A DNA stretch of 64,000 bases from assembly GCF_036971445.1 (NCBI RefSeq), contig NC_091481.1, forward strand, positions 7,378,001 through 7,442,000, read 5' to 3'. The notes beneath the pieces are model-generated. The model ran no database searches. It was not told the origin of the DNA and saw only the letters and a list, made by a program, of their open reading frames with translations. This DNA comes from Narcine bancroftii. Taxonomy: Eukaryota. Shown piece by piece: positions 42,245 through 52,900 of the stretch (position 1 is the first letter of the stretch; every line of letters starts with the position of its first letter). Position numbers and translations under genes: made by a program.

Positions 42245-42315
42245 AGAGGCCCTCGGTGACTCTGCAAAAGGACTCTCTTTCTCCTGTTAGGAGCACCAGG
42301 CCACCCTCAGCTCGC

Positions 42316-42540
42316 CTGATTCAGTTTGTCAGAAGATGCATCAGGAAACCTCTGGGATATGGAAGGAAGCGCAGTCCCAAAGCCTGCAGGCGCTGATTGT
42401 GGACCGGCCGGTCTGGCAGGGGTCCAGAGGACGGAAGGCTCGATTATATAACCGGGCTTGAGGACTCTCTCAAGGTGCTGCCACTGGGATCAGTCTCCGC
42501 AAGTCCGGATGTGAGCCGAAAGCTCTGCTGCATGCTTCAT
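42316..42540 (-). pseudogene. EFCAB6-like relic, exon 1
   Basis: ATG(s) downstream of the X-box. Fragments QWQHLERVLK / RLYNRAFRPLDPCQTGR / QRLQALGLRFL..FLMHLLT lie in three successive frames. Donor CAG|GCGAG (GC in place of GT). Confidence 0.65.
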
Positions 42541-42569
42541 ACTCCCACGGGAAGCCGGAAGCCCCGGGC

Positions 42570-42582
42570 GTATCCTAGCAAC
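42570..42582 (-). promoter_or_regulatory. RFX X-box
   Basis: GTTGCTAGGATAC on the - strand, ~30 bp upstream of the relic ATG; fits the RFX imperfect palindrome typical of ciliary gene promoters. Confidence 0.7.
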
Positions 42583-42595
42583 CGGTCGCGCGTTG

Positions 42596-42662
42596 ATTGG
42601 CGGCCGCGGCCGGCGCCAGTTTCAAACTGACAGGCGGTTGGAGGCGCCGCGTCGGCTTCCGG
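42596..42662. promoter_or_regulatory. CCAAT box, E2F-like GGCGCC, CHR element and ETS site
   Basis: ATTGG at 42596-42600; GGCGCC just 5' of TTCAAA (reverse TTTGAA CHR) at 42621-42626; CTTCCGG at 42656-42662, with a second ETS core CCGGAAG at 42555-42561. Confidence 0.55.
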
Positions 42663-42713
42663 TCCCGGCCGCTCGTTCTTCCCCCCCGCCTCCCACCTCC
42701 CCTCCGTGGCGCC

Positions 42714-42820
42714 ATGAGCCAGGACGAGTCAGCGGCGCCGGGCAAGAGGAGGCCACGGCTGAAGCGAAACTCCTCGGCCCCTTCCAGCACGCCAGAGCCG
42801 CCGGACGGCAGCCTCCACCG
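42714..42820 (+). CDS. NET1: NET1 (neuroepithelial cell-transforming 1, RhoA GEF) coding exon 1
   Basis: Kozak GCCATGA inside the CpG island. Encodes MSQDESAAPGKRRPRLKRNSSAPSSTPEPPDGSLH+CG with a basic NLS-like KRRPRLKR. Donor CG|GTGAGT is phase 2 and joins exon 2 in frame. Confidence 0.85.
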
Positions 42821-42904
42821 GTGAGTGGGGGGGGGAGAGATAAAGCCCGGCGGCTGCACCGCCCATCCACGTCGGCGCCAAGCTCCCCCGCCCACCATCA
42901 AAAC

Positions 42905-43815
42905 GTACCCCACCCCAATTACCCCTCCCCTTCACCCCCCCGTTACCCCTCCCCTTCACCCCCCCCAGTTACCCCTTCACCCCCCCCCCCCGGTTACCCC
43001 TCCCCTTCAACCCCCCTGGTTACCCCTCCACCCCCCCCCCCCCCGTTACCCCTCCCCTTCACCCCCCCCTCGGTTACTCCTCCCCTTCACCCCCCCTCGA
43101 TTACTCCTCCCCTTCACCCCCCCCTCGATTACTCCTCCCCTTCACCCCCCCCCTCAGTTACTCCTCCCCTTCACCCCCCCTCAGTTACTCCTCCCCTTCA
43201 CCCCCCCTCGGTTACTCCTCTCCTTCACCCCCCCCTCAGTTACTCCTCCCCTTCACCCCCCCCCCGGTTACCCCTCCCCTTCACCCCTCCTCGGTTACCC
43301 TCCCCGTCCCGTTCCCCCTCGGTTCCTCCTCCCCTTCACCCCCCCCTCGGTTACCCTCCCCGATTGCCCCTGCCTGTCCCCTTCCTCCTTGGTTACTCCT
43401 CCCCTTCACCCCCTCCCCCTCGGTTACTCCTCCCCTTCACCCCCTCCCCCTCGGTTACTCCTCCCCTTCACCCCCTCCCCCTCGGTTACTCCTCCCCTTC
43501 ACCCCCTCCCCCTCGGTTACTCCTCCCCTTCACCTCCCCCTCGGTTACTCCTCCCCTTCACCTCCCCCTCGGTTACTCCTCCCCTTCACCTCCCCCTCGG
43601 TTACTCCTCCCCTTCACCTCCCCCTCGGTTACTCCTCCCCTTCACCTCCCCCTCGGTTACTCCTCCCCTTCACCTCCCCCTCGGTTACTCCTCCCCTTCA
43701 CCTCCCCCTCGGTTACTCCTCCCCTTCACCTCCCCCTCGGTTACTCCTCCCCGGTTGTCCCTCCCTGTCCCCTCCTCCTCGGTTACCCCACCTCTCCTCC
43801 CCCCCCACACCCCCC
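42905..43815. repeat. C-rich ~28-34-bp minisatellite (core CCCCCTCGGTTACTCCTCCCCTTCACC)
   Basis: Read directly; source of the spurious Pro-rich ORFs. Confidence 0.95.
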
Positions 43816-46800
43816 GTAGCTGCAATTCTCTGCTGAAAACAAACTTCGTCCAGAGAATCATAATTTATTGTCGTGACATGTTATTGAAATGTGTTGTTTT
43901 GCTGCGGCATTATAGATGCAAAATGCCTATAAATTATATTTTAAAAATAAATTAGTGCAAAAGAAGAGAAAAATAATGTAGTGCCTTATTCATGGTCCAT
44001 TCAGAAATCTGATGGTTGAGGGTAAGAAGCTATTTTTTTGCACCATTGCATTTTTGTCTTTGGGCTCCTGTACAGCACCACCTACTCGATGGTAGCGGTG
44101 AGGAGGGGTCATGGACTGGGTGGTGAAAGTCCTTGATGATAAAAGCTGCTTTCTTGAGATACCAACAGGGTAGATGTCCTCAAGGGTAGATTCAAGAAGG
44201 TACATTTCTACAGTGAAGACTGACAGGACACTATTATGGTCAAACGATAATTCTTCAGTTCCCATTTCCTCAGATGACAAACAATTAAGATTATTACAGT
44301 AAAGAAAAACTCAGCTGGTCAAACAGTGTACTTTATAAAGCAAAGATAAGGATATATAATGAATATTTCGGGCTTGAGCCTTTCAAAGTACGAGCAAAAG
44401 ACGGGGGGAGGGCAGTGGGAAATGCACAGTCCCACAGGCAAGAGGCACACGAACAAACAAGGGATGGGGGTGTGGCTCTGAATGGAGAGGGAAAGGGGTA
44501 GGGAGGGAGAAGAGGGAGTAGGCTTGCAAAAACCTGAGCAGTCGATGTTAATGCCATCCAGTTAGAGAGTCCCCAGGCAGAAAATTGCTCCTCCAATTTA
44601 CAGATGGCCTTTGTTTGAGAGTGGGGCACAGTATTGAAATGGGTGGCCCCTAGGAGATCCATGTCAATGATGCAAACAGACCGAAGGTGCCCACCAAAGT
44701 GATCTGGTCTCCATCCAGTCTCCCCAATGCAGAGAAGGCCACAACGGTTGTCTTGTTGACCTTCACCTCTTGTAAGCTGCAGGAAACGAAGCAATGATAC
44801 CTTGTAGTTCAGCATCTGAGTTTGTGTAAACATAAGGATTGTCTTGATTTTTTCAGCTCAACCAATGACCTTAGCTCTGGAGTGTAGTCTGAAGAGTAGC
44901 TTTACTCCTGTAGGAAGTTTGTCAGAAAATAGGGTGAAACAGTGCAACAAGAAAGATCACACATTGGCACAAGTAATAGAATCACTGTCTTGCAGTTCTA
45001 GTGACCCAGTTCAATTCTGACACCTCACCTCCTGAGTTATCTGAGTCAAGTTTACACACCCTACCTGTGAGTTGTTACGCAGCAAAGACCGTGTCCACTG
45101 TTTCTCAATCAACAGAAACCATACTGTGATTTGTGGAGCAGCTCTTTGACTGTTGCAAGGAGCCAAACAAGAAGGACCTTGGTGATAACTTTCCCTTTGG
45201 CAGGCAGCAGGGAAATACCACTTCCCCGACTCATAGTTACTTGTTTCTTTCTTTGACAATGCGACATTTATGGCATCTGAGATACCCTGGTATAATCCCA
45301 TTCTTCCCAAATATAGCCTGAATATTTCATAATCCTGTCCACAAAGACACCAACATTAGAATTTAATAGAATGGTTTCTTTTCACTTTGCTAGCAAAATC
45401 CAAAGCCATAATTGCCTTACTTAAAATGCATACCAGCATCTTGATGCTGATTTTTGAAATATTAACTGCTTTACAAATTACAGTAATTAAAAAAATAATT
45501 GTAGACATACAACGCAGCCCATAATCCTGTGCTGCCCAAATATCCCATTCAATTTACAACCCTGATAAGTTATGAAAGGTGGAAGGAAACCGGAGCACCT
45601 GGAGGAACCCCAAGCATACACAGGGAAAATGTATAAACTCCTTACAGCTGGATTTGAACCCCGGTCGCTGGCATTGTAATAATATTGTGCTAACTGCCTC
45701 ACTATAACTGTGCCACCATTAAAACCACACATTTAGTCCATGGGGTCCCCAAATTTTTTTGGACCTTCATGGAATCCTTGGTACCTTATCATCCCCCATG
45801 GGTCAATGTTGGGCACTTTGGAGACCCCTAACTTAGTTCCTTCTGGGGACTCTAGCTTATCTATATACTTTAAACAGTGAAGATCACTTTGGCTTGAATT
45901 CTCCTTTCAATTCTGCCTGAATCAGAAATGGGTTCAAATCATTGAAGAAGTTTGATTAATCAGTTCCACTGTACTGTCTATCCCAGTAGTCAGGTCCTTC
46001 ACACTCAAAAACTCATCTGGTCATTTTGTGCATATATTGAGAAAAATTGTTCATTATTCCCAAATGGTCTGCTGTGTGAGATTGAAGAACTTCGTTGTGT
46101 TCATTGACAGAACAGCAAAATCTAGTTTAAAAAAAAATTTCAAACAAATCTGAATCGTAGAACAGTATCCAATTTGCAGGTGGTCAGTCAAATCTAAAAA
46201 ATCCACAAAAAGGATCTCCATCTGCAAGCTTCTATTTGGAGTGTTGAAATGTGCGAGATTAACTTTGATGCTCAAATGTGAACAGTGCTTGATAGTGTGG
46301 GAATGGCCATAGTTTTGTTTCCCTTTTATTTATTGTCACCCACATCTCATTCTACTGCATGACAGCTTAAATAATGATTAGGATTTGTAAAAATCAGGTA
46401 TTGTGGCAGATGAAGTTTGTGTTCAACAAGACCACACCTGAAGTTGTCAACCAGTGAAGAGAGAAACATGTATTACAGTGTAATCAGGCTCAAAATAGGC
46501 ACAAGACATGTGACCCAGCGTCATGACATCGGAAGTGCTAACGACCTCATAACTTAGCAATGTTGAGTAGGCTGGGGCATCTCACTAGACCTACAGGTGC
46601 TGCTGAGTCACTATGCCTCGTGGCTGTCGTGGCTAGTTTCCAGTTGATAGGAGGCTGTTGTGTCTAACTGTCAAAAGACAGGAGTTGTTAACGCTGGTTC
46701 TGCCCACTCCCTCCAAGCAAACTGTCTGTTTTTAGCTCATCATATGTATGATGTTATTGTTACATGCACCAAATTAGAAATGTTATGCATATATATGAAC

Positions 46801-46995
46801 ATTTCTAAAACCTGTTGCTGAATTAGTTAAACACTAGCAGTTGAAATTTTACAGCTATTTTCAGTATTCTTGGGGCAATTCATCATGCTTCTGTTCACAT
46901 TTGTTTCATAGCTGAGTTTTCAATGGTCATCCAAGACATTTTTTTCCTGCTGAAGCAGCCAGCCTTAGCTCAGTTTTTTTTTTAAAAAGGGTTTC

Positions 46996-48750
46996 TCTTA
47001 CAGGATATGTTAGAATAGTCATGGATAAAATATGTCTTTAAAAGAGATTGTGGGGATTTAGTTTAGGTTACACTTCACAAACAGAAGGCCATTTCATGTC
47101 AGGCCTCCACCTTGAGGCTGGCTACAAGAGTGGATAGAAAACTAAGAATTTAACTTCCAGACAGCAGCCCTAAAGGCTCTGGCCAACGGACAAGCTCCCC
47201 TGGGTCGTGCTGGACATCAGAACAGCAGCCAAGGAGGACTTGCAGGCATCCTCTGTAGATCCGGTCTACGGTGCACCCCTATCCCTAGCCGGTGAGTTCT
47301 TCTCCCCAACTCCAGACGCGAGCATCGGAAAGAGAGCACTGTTACAGGACTTGTGGGACAAATTGGCCACGTTTGCCTCCCTCCCCACCACAGCAATCAG
47401 CCAGCGTACATCCCCAAAGACTTAGCCACGACTGACTTTGTGTTCGTTCGGTGCAGCCCACACCCAGCCCCCCGCCAACGGTCCTACGAAGGCCCATACA
47501 AGGTCCTGTGCCATTCTGGCAAGACTTTCACTCTAGACATTGGGGGCAAAGAGGAGTTGTTCGCAGCGGACAGACTAAAACTGTCCACCTGGACCCCAGC
47601 CAACCAGTTGTGACCGTGCAGCTAAAGAAACAGCCAAAAGCAACAGGACGTTAAAGCCGGTTCTGGGTGGGGGTTGTGTGGCAGCGCACATCGCAACGCA
47701 GGCGAACTGGTTCCGTATGTGACGGCCGCGGTAGCGGAGCAGCCACGTTAATATGGTGCCATCAGGCTCGGGGATTCCTTGTGGCCTTGATCATCATGAC
47801 ATCACAGCTGATGAGGTGACATGGCGCGAGCTCGCCCTTAAAAAGCAGTGCACGAACTTTCAAATAAACAGTTGGAACTGAAACTCGCCTCAGTGTGTGG
47901 TTCTTTCCAATTTCACTCTTTGTAGCTACTGCTACATCTCATTTAAAATGCAAGAGCTTTGCTAAAGTGAGACATATTGCCACTGGTGACTTTGCAGAGA
48001 TAATGTAACTGCTTTGGAAAGAACTTCAAAAGGAGGTGCAAATAGAACATAATGTTGATCATGTTCCGGCTCAGATGTGGATAAGATCTTTCGAAAATTG
48101 TGTTTGGAACTTTGGTAGAGTTTTTTTTGTTTTTTTTTATAAGCAGAGAAAGGAAAAAACAAATGCAAAATGGCAGGCTTGTTGAAAACCCCCATTTTGA
48201 AGACTGGTTATGAGTTCTGAGTTCAGCCTATTCAAAACCCTTGTAGTCCTTACAAGAGGAAATGGCTGGCTAGAGCGTTTCTCCTGAAATAAAGGAAATA
48301 TGAGGAACTCTGGTGACCTGGAAAAAGAGGTTATCATTTGGAAAACCCGTGATGGGGCAAGTTTCTTCAGCAAGACACTGAAGTGACTGATTGGAGGAAA
48401 AGAAATATCTCTCTGAAACCAAGAAGAACCTTCTTGAGCGGTAACCATTTAACTTTAAGCATCAGAACCTGGTGGAAATTATAAATGTTGAATTCTGTGC
48501 ACAGTATGAGAATTGCCTGATACCGGTGAACTTGGAGAAGTGAAAAGTGAATGATTGGATATTGAAACAGAGAAGGTTCCTGAACATATACACATAACGT
48601 ACACGTACTAAGAATTAGAAGGGGGGTTAAGTTAATAGTAATAAGTTAAAGATTGATCCTGTTTTTATGTTTAAAGAAAATTAAAAGGAACTTTTGTTTA
48701 AGTAACCATTGTCTTGCTGCTGGGTTTTGAAGTCCTCTGGGCTCGTAACA
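46996..48750 (+). mobile_element. Solo LTR split by the Gypsy insertion; same family as 41355-42244
   Basis: Shared blocks GGAACTCTG.TGACCTG, TTCTGTGCACAGT, AATTAGAAGGGGG, CTTTTGTT..AGTAACCATT; ends GGGCTCGTAACA. Confidence 0.65.
47165..47936 (+). mobile_element. Gypsy integrase C-terminus + PPT + LTR, nested in a solo LTR
   Basis: LPWVVLDIRTAAKEDL, YEGPYKVL..DRLK; LTR TGTGG...GCTACA. Confidence 0.85.
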
Positions 48751-49270
48751 CGTAACTGGTTACCTTTGAAACTTTCAGTAATGCTGTGTTTTGAATCATA
48801 ACTGCACATTTCAGAGTTTCTTTTTTTTTCCCCCAGTGTGTGATGCATTCATAATATTGTTAACTTGCCTGTGAGCTTGCTAAACTTCTGAAAGCATGTA
48901 CAATGAACTGGGTGGGGATGCACTGACCTTTCATAAAGGGAAGTAATGAGCCAGTTGAATTTATACCGGAGTCAGAAAGAGCACAGGGCTGTATTAAACT
49001 GGGAAGCTTGAGGTTTTTAAACTGTTGGACTGGCAGATTTTCTGCACTGTTCAATGTTATTCTTAATAATAGTGCTACATGCTTTTAATTTGCCTTTTTT
49101 AAAAAGTTGTACAGTATTCTAATTTGTCCATTTTACCAGTGATATTGAAGGGTGCACAAGATCAGGATTTGTGGACATGGCTGACAACATCAGATGGTAA
49201 AATCCTTTAACATCACCACATTCGTGCAATCCATGGACCAGGTTGTGAATGTTTCATTCTAGATTTGAAA

Positions 49271-49945
49271 AAGTAAAACCCATGTTATCTGGAATTCAAG
49301 CAACCAGCAAAAAAAAGAGGAAAATAAATATTAATAAATAAGAATAAAATAATAGATTTTTAAAATCAGTTTAAAATTGTAAAAGTAAATGTTCTCTGAA
49401 ATGACACTTACTGATGAGAGCAAATATCCAGCCAGTGGAGGGAGGGCCTTGGTCGGGCTTTGCTCGTAGCAGCTGTTTGAAGAAGGTTGTGTGAAACAGT
49501 GATGGCGTCGCCCAGGATGAGGAGCTGGTTGATGCCGCTCGCCGTTGGGGTGACTCTCTTAAAGTGTCTCCTTATCCCTGCTTAGTAAGAGTCGCCCATA
49601 TCAGATACTTTATCTGTAAACTTGGGTGGGGGGGGGGGGGAATTATTTATAATACTATTTGTCTTTCGGGCGGCTCCCTGGAAGGGGAGGAACCTGCAGA
49701 TGCAACAACGGTTAAATGTTTTCAAAGAATGTGACTGAAAATAAAGTAAAATGCTTTAAGTTTATAGATTCATACAAGTGAAGTTTGTTCAGTGTAAGTG
49801 CAATATAGTATTTCTCTCTTTTAAATTGCTTATTCCCAATTCAGGTCCATTAGGTAGGCATTGTAAGAGTAAGTCTCAAGCATTCGGAAAGTACTCTTAT
49901 CAGGAATCTATCAATCACTCTCAGAATGTAATGAGGTTTTTACTC
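49271..49945. mobile_element. Tigger/pogo-like non-autonomous DNA transposon
   Basis: AGTAAAACC...GGTTTTTACT termini; homologous copies at 4236-4433, ~14911-15536, ~30925-31499. Confidence 0.7.
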
Positions 49946-52900
49946 TCCGAATGTGGTGCTGTTATGAGTAGCAAAGACAAAGCCACCTTTTAGAAATCTA
50001 AGAGATACAATATCAAGACAGCCCTAGAATGCATCCATGTCTCTTAGAATGACATAAACATGCAATAATAGATGATGTATGGAGAAAATTATGGCCAGGG
50101 TTTTCAACCCTGAAAATTCTCATTGTCAAACTGTCAACAGAAATTGGCTTTGTGGTAGTCCATGGAATCATAGAAGAGCTCAAATCTGAAGATACATTAG
50201 AACTTGAACAAGTTCACTGGAGAAGCAAGAAGCCACCAACAAACCACCACCATTGGAGCTTGCCACAAAGAGATTTTGCGTTACCAAGAAAATGACAGCT
50301 GGTTTCAAAGATGTTAGTCCCAACATGGAGTTCATGAGCATTGCTGAAATTAATCAGTTGAAGAAAATGTGCTGTCTCGATATCCATTAATGCCTTTCTT
50401 AAGCCTTTCAACATCCACCAAAGAAGAACCCTGGCATTCAAAGGTATATTCCCCAAGTTCAGAATCAGCACCCACCACCATCTGAACACTGGAGATAACT
50501 GTCTTTTACCTCTGCCACTGGACCTAGGAACATAGGAACAGGAGTAGGCCAAAAATGGCCCATCCAGCCTGCTCCGCCATTTAATAAGATCTAATTTATG
50601 ACCTCACTCCACCTCCCTGCCTTCTCCCCATATCCCCTAATTCCTCTATCATGTAAAAGTTTATCTAACCAAATTTTAAATAGGTTTAATGAAGCAGCCT
50701 CAACCACTTCCCTGGATAGAGAATTCCAAACATTCACTACTCTCTGGGAAAAACTATTTTTCCTCAGCTCTGTCCTAAATCTACTCCCCCGAATCTTGAG
50801 ACTGTCTCCTCTCGTTTTAGTTTCCCCGGCCAGCTCAAAAAACCTTCCTACATCTATCCTATCCGTACCCTTCAGAATCCTATGTTTCTATAAGATCTCT
50901 CATTCATCTGAACTCGAGTGAATACAATCCTAGACGATTTAATCTTTCATCATAAGTCAACCCCTTCATCCCAGGGATCATACAAAGTCAGAATTGCCCC
51001 TTTCATGTCTGCTCAGCATTGAAATGATGGCAGACCACACTATGAATTCCCTTCCATTCACAGTTAGTCACAAATCTGGCTCACACAAGATTCTTTCACT
51101 CTCCTTTTTGAGGAAAAAGGTTGTGTGGACTCCTGAATCTCCAAGAGAAAGTGTAATTTTACATGTCTTACTGAGCTCGAGTTCTAGATTCTCCCACAAG
51201 ATGTGTTCACTGTGTCAAGATACTTCTCAATTTTCTGTTATGTTTAGTGAGTAGGGTGCATTATGTTTTAAGACATAAGCAATAGAAGCAAGAGTAGGCC
51301 ATCTGTCCCATCCAGCTTGCTCCACCATTCAATTTGATCATGGTTGATAGGCTCATGCCCACCTACCTTTCCCCCATATCTCTTAATTCCTCGACTTTGT
51401 AAAAATCTATCCAACCTTGTCTTAAATATATTTACTGAGGAAGCAATCACTGCTTCAATGGGCAGTTTTTAAATAATAATTTTATTATCTTGATACATGA
51501 TTGTTGTTAAAACACTTTTTTAATATTGTGTTGATGTATTTAAAATGCTTGTTTTTTTTTGACTGAGATTCTTGAATTCCAGAATCCAATCAGAGGTTTT
51601 ACATTGAAACTAATGGATAATGACATTTTGATTTACTAATTTTCACATTTATAATAGGTTTTCCTTCAAGTAACCCTTCATAACCTGAGTATCCAGTAGA
51701 GTGCAGCAAAGACTCTGAGATGTGTAGTAGCAGAGCCACCACATTTTAGTCAGACAAGTGCGGACACGATTGTATTGTTAACTTTAGTGAGATTGGATCC
51801 AGATGGAATTAGTGAATAATTGTTGGAGCTGGAGTTAACCAATAACTTGCCTGCAGGCCTCATTGACATTTGCAGCAAGAGATTTGCATCAGAGTGATGG
51901 AAATCTTTGCAAATCCAGACAAAAGAGAAGAAGAGATTTGCCTTTTGAATTTGCTGAATCGAAGAGCAGGAAATCAATCAACTGTTGTAGTCAACTTTGA
52001 TGACTGTGCAAATCGTCCTTCGTTACGACAGCATTATGATGCTTTTACATATATAAACTGATAATAAAGGTTAATATAACAGTTTATATTTTCCCATGGG
52101 CAATAAATGTACCTAGTTTTCATTTAACTAAACGGCGTCAGTTTTCGTTAAAGTTGCAAGACGAATACATAGTGTTGAAATGATGTGATAAGGACATCAC
52201 AGGTAAAACCCTCCTCACCATCAAAAATCTATACAGAGAACGCTGCCATCAGAGAGCAGCAGCAATCATCAAGGATCCACACCACCCAGAACACACTGTT
52301 CTCACTTCTATTATCGTGAAGGAAGTATACCGCGGTGCCACAAGACTTGCACCATCAGGTCAGGAACAGCTGCTACCCCTTCGCCAACAGACTCTTCAAC
52401 AATAAACTCGATCAGCAACTCATTTAAGGACTCTTCCTTTTGCATTTTATTAATTATTTATCCTCTCTATTGCACAGTCAGTCTGCTGACATTTCTTTAT
52501 TTGTTTACATGTGTATATATCTTCTTGAGCACAGATTTTGCACTACCAGTAGGTGGAAAAACAAAATCTCGGGGTTGTATATGATGTCTTCTGACAATAA
52601 ATTTGAACTTTGATAATCTGGTCTTTACAAATCTGAACTGTCAAATAACATGCATGGTATGCATGCTTACAAACCAAGTCATTTGGTATCGGAGGTTAAA
52701 TATGAGAAATGTATTTTCACTATTATTAAGCATCAACTAATTATTCTACCCTTCCATCTAAGACTGGAAATAGTGATCAACCTTTGGCTAACTGAAAACA
52801 AAAATGATTTGCTGATGGTTAGGTGGTGGAGATTGCAGAAATCCACACTTTCAGCGCAAGTACAGACTCCTGAGGGTAAAAATGACTTTCTAGGGTGTAC

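Larger units (their letters stand above)
673..42540 (-). pseudogene. Decayed multi-exon gene encoding tandem EF-hand pairs (EFCAB6-like); probably continues past the window start
   Basis: About 20 same-strand blocks bounded by polypyrimidine-AG and GT. Mixed-frame translations give EFCAB6-type fragments: AFRPLDPCQTGR, VYYMDLLKFI, FKQLF..KHD/GRQIKFTLFI, LLITHVYKL/QMFHKL, NWSSVSKSF*SL...IAEQDFRA, KEFRR, AFNIFELINDEG. Stops and frameshifts throughout. Confidence 0.7.
42390..42900. promoter_or_regulatory. CpG island / bidirectional promoter (NET1 on +, EFCAB6-like relic on -)
   Basis: Strongest CpG-rich non-repeat segment in an AT-rich window; divergent ATGs at 42540/42533 (-) and 42714 (+). Confidence 0.85.

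Noticed and set aside
673-42540. Stop-codon reassignment or an alternative genetic code to explain the relic
   Set aside because: The lesions include frameshifts and all three stop types, and the neighbouring NET1 exons read normally.
42593-43955. Long proline-rich (extensin-like) ORFs
   Set aside because: Translations of the C-rich intronic minisatellite; the real NET1 frame exits at the 42820 donor.
50214-50552. LHVGTNI..AKSL resemblance to urocortin-3 (UCN3 is near NET1 in human)
   Set aside because: No signal peptide or amidation site, and the spacing is off; the opposite strand looks like a LINE relic.
51658-52069. UCN3 pseudogene reading (SKRF, KEKKRF, IMMLLHI)
   Set aside because: The highly conserved SLDVPTN and AKAKNLRA motifs are absent; the similarity is compatible with chance.
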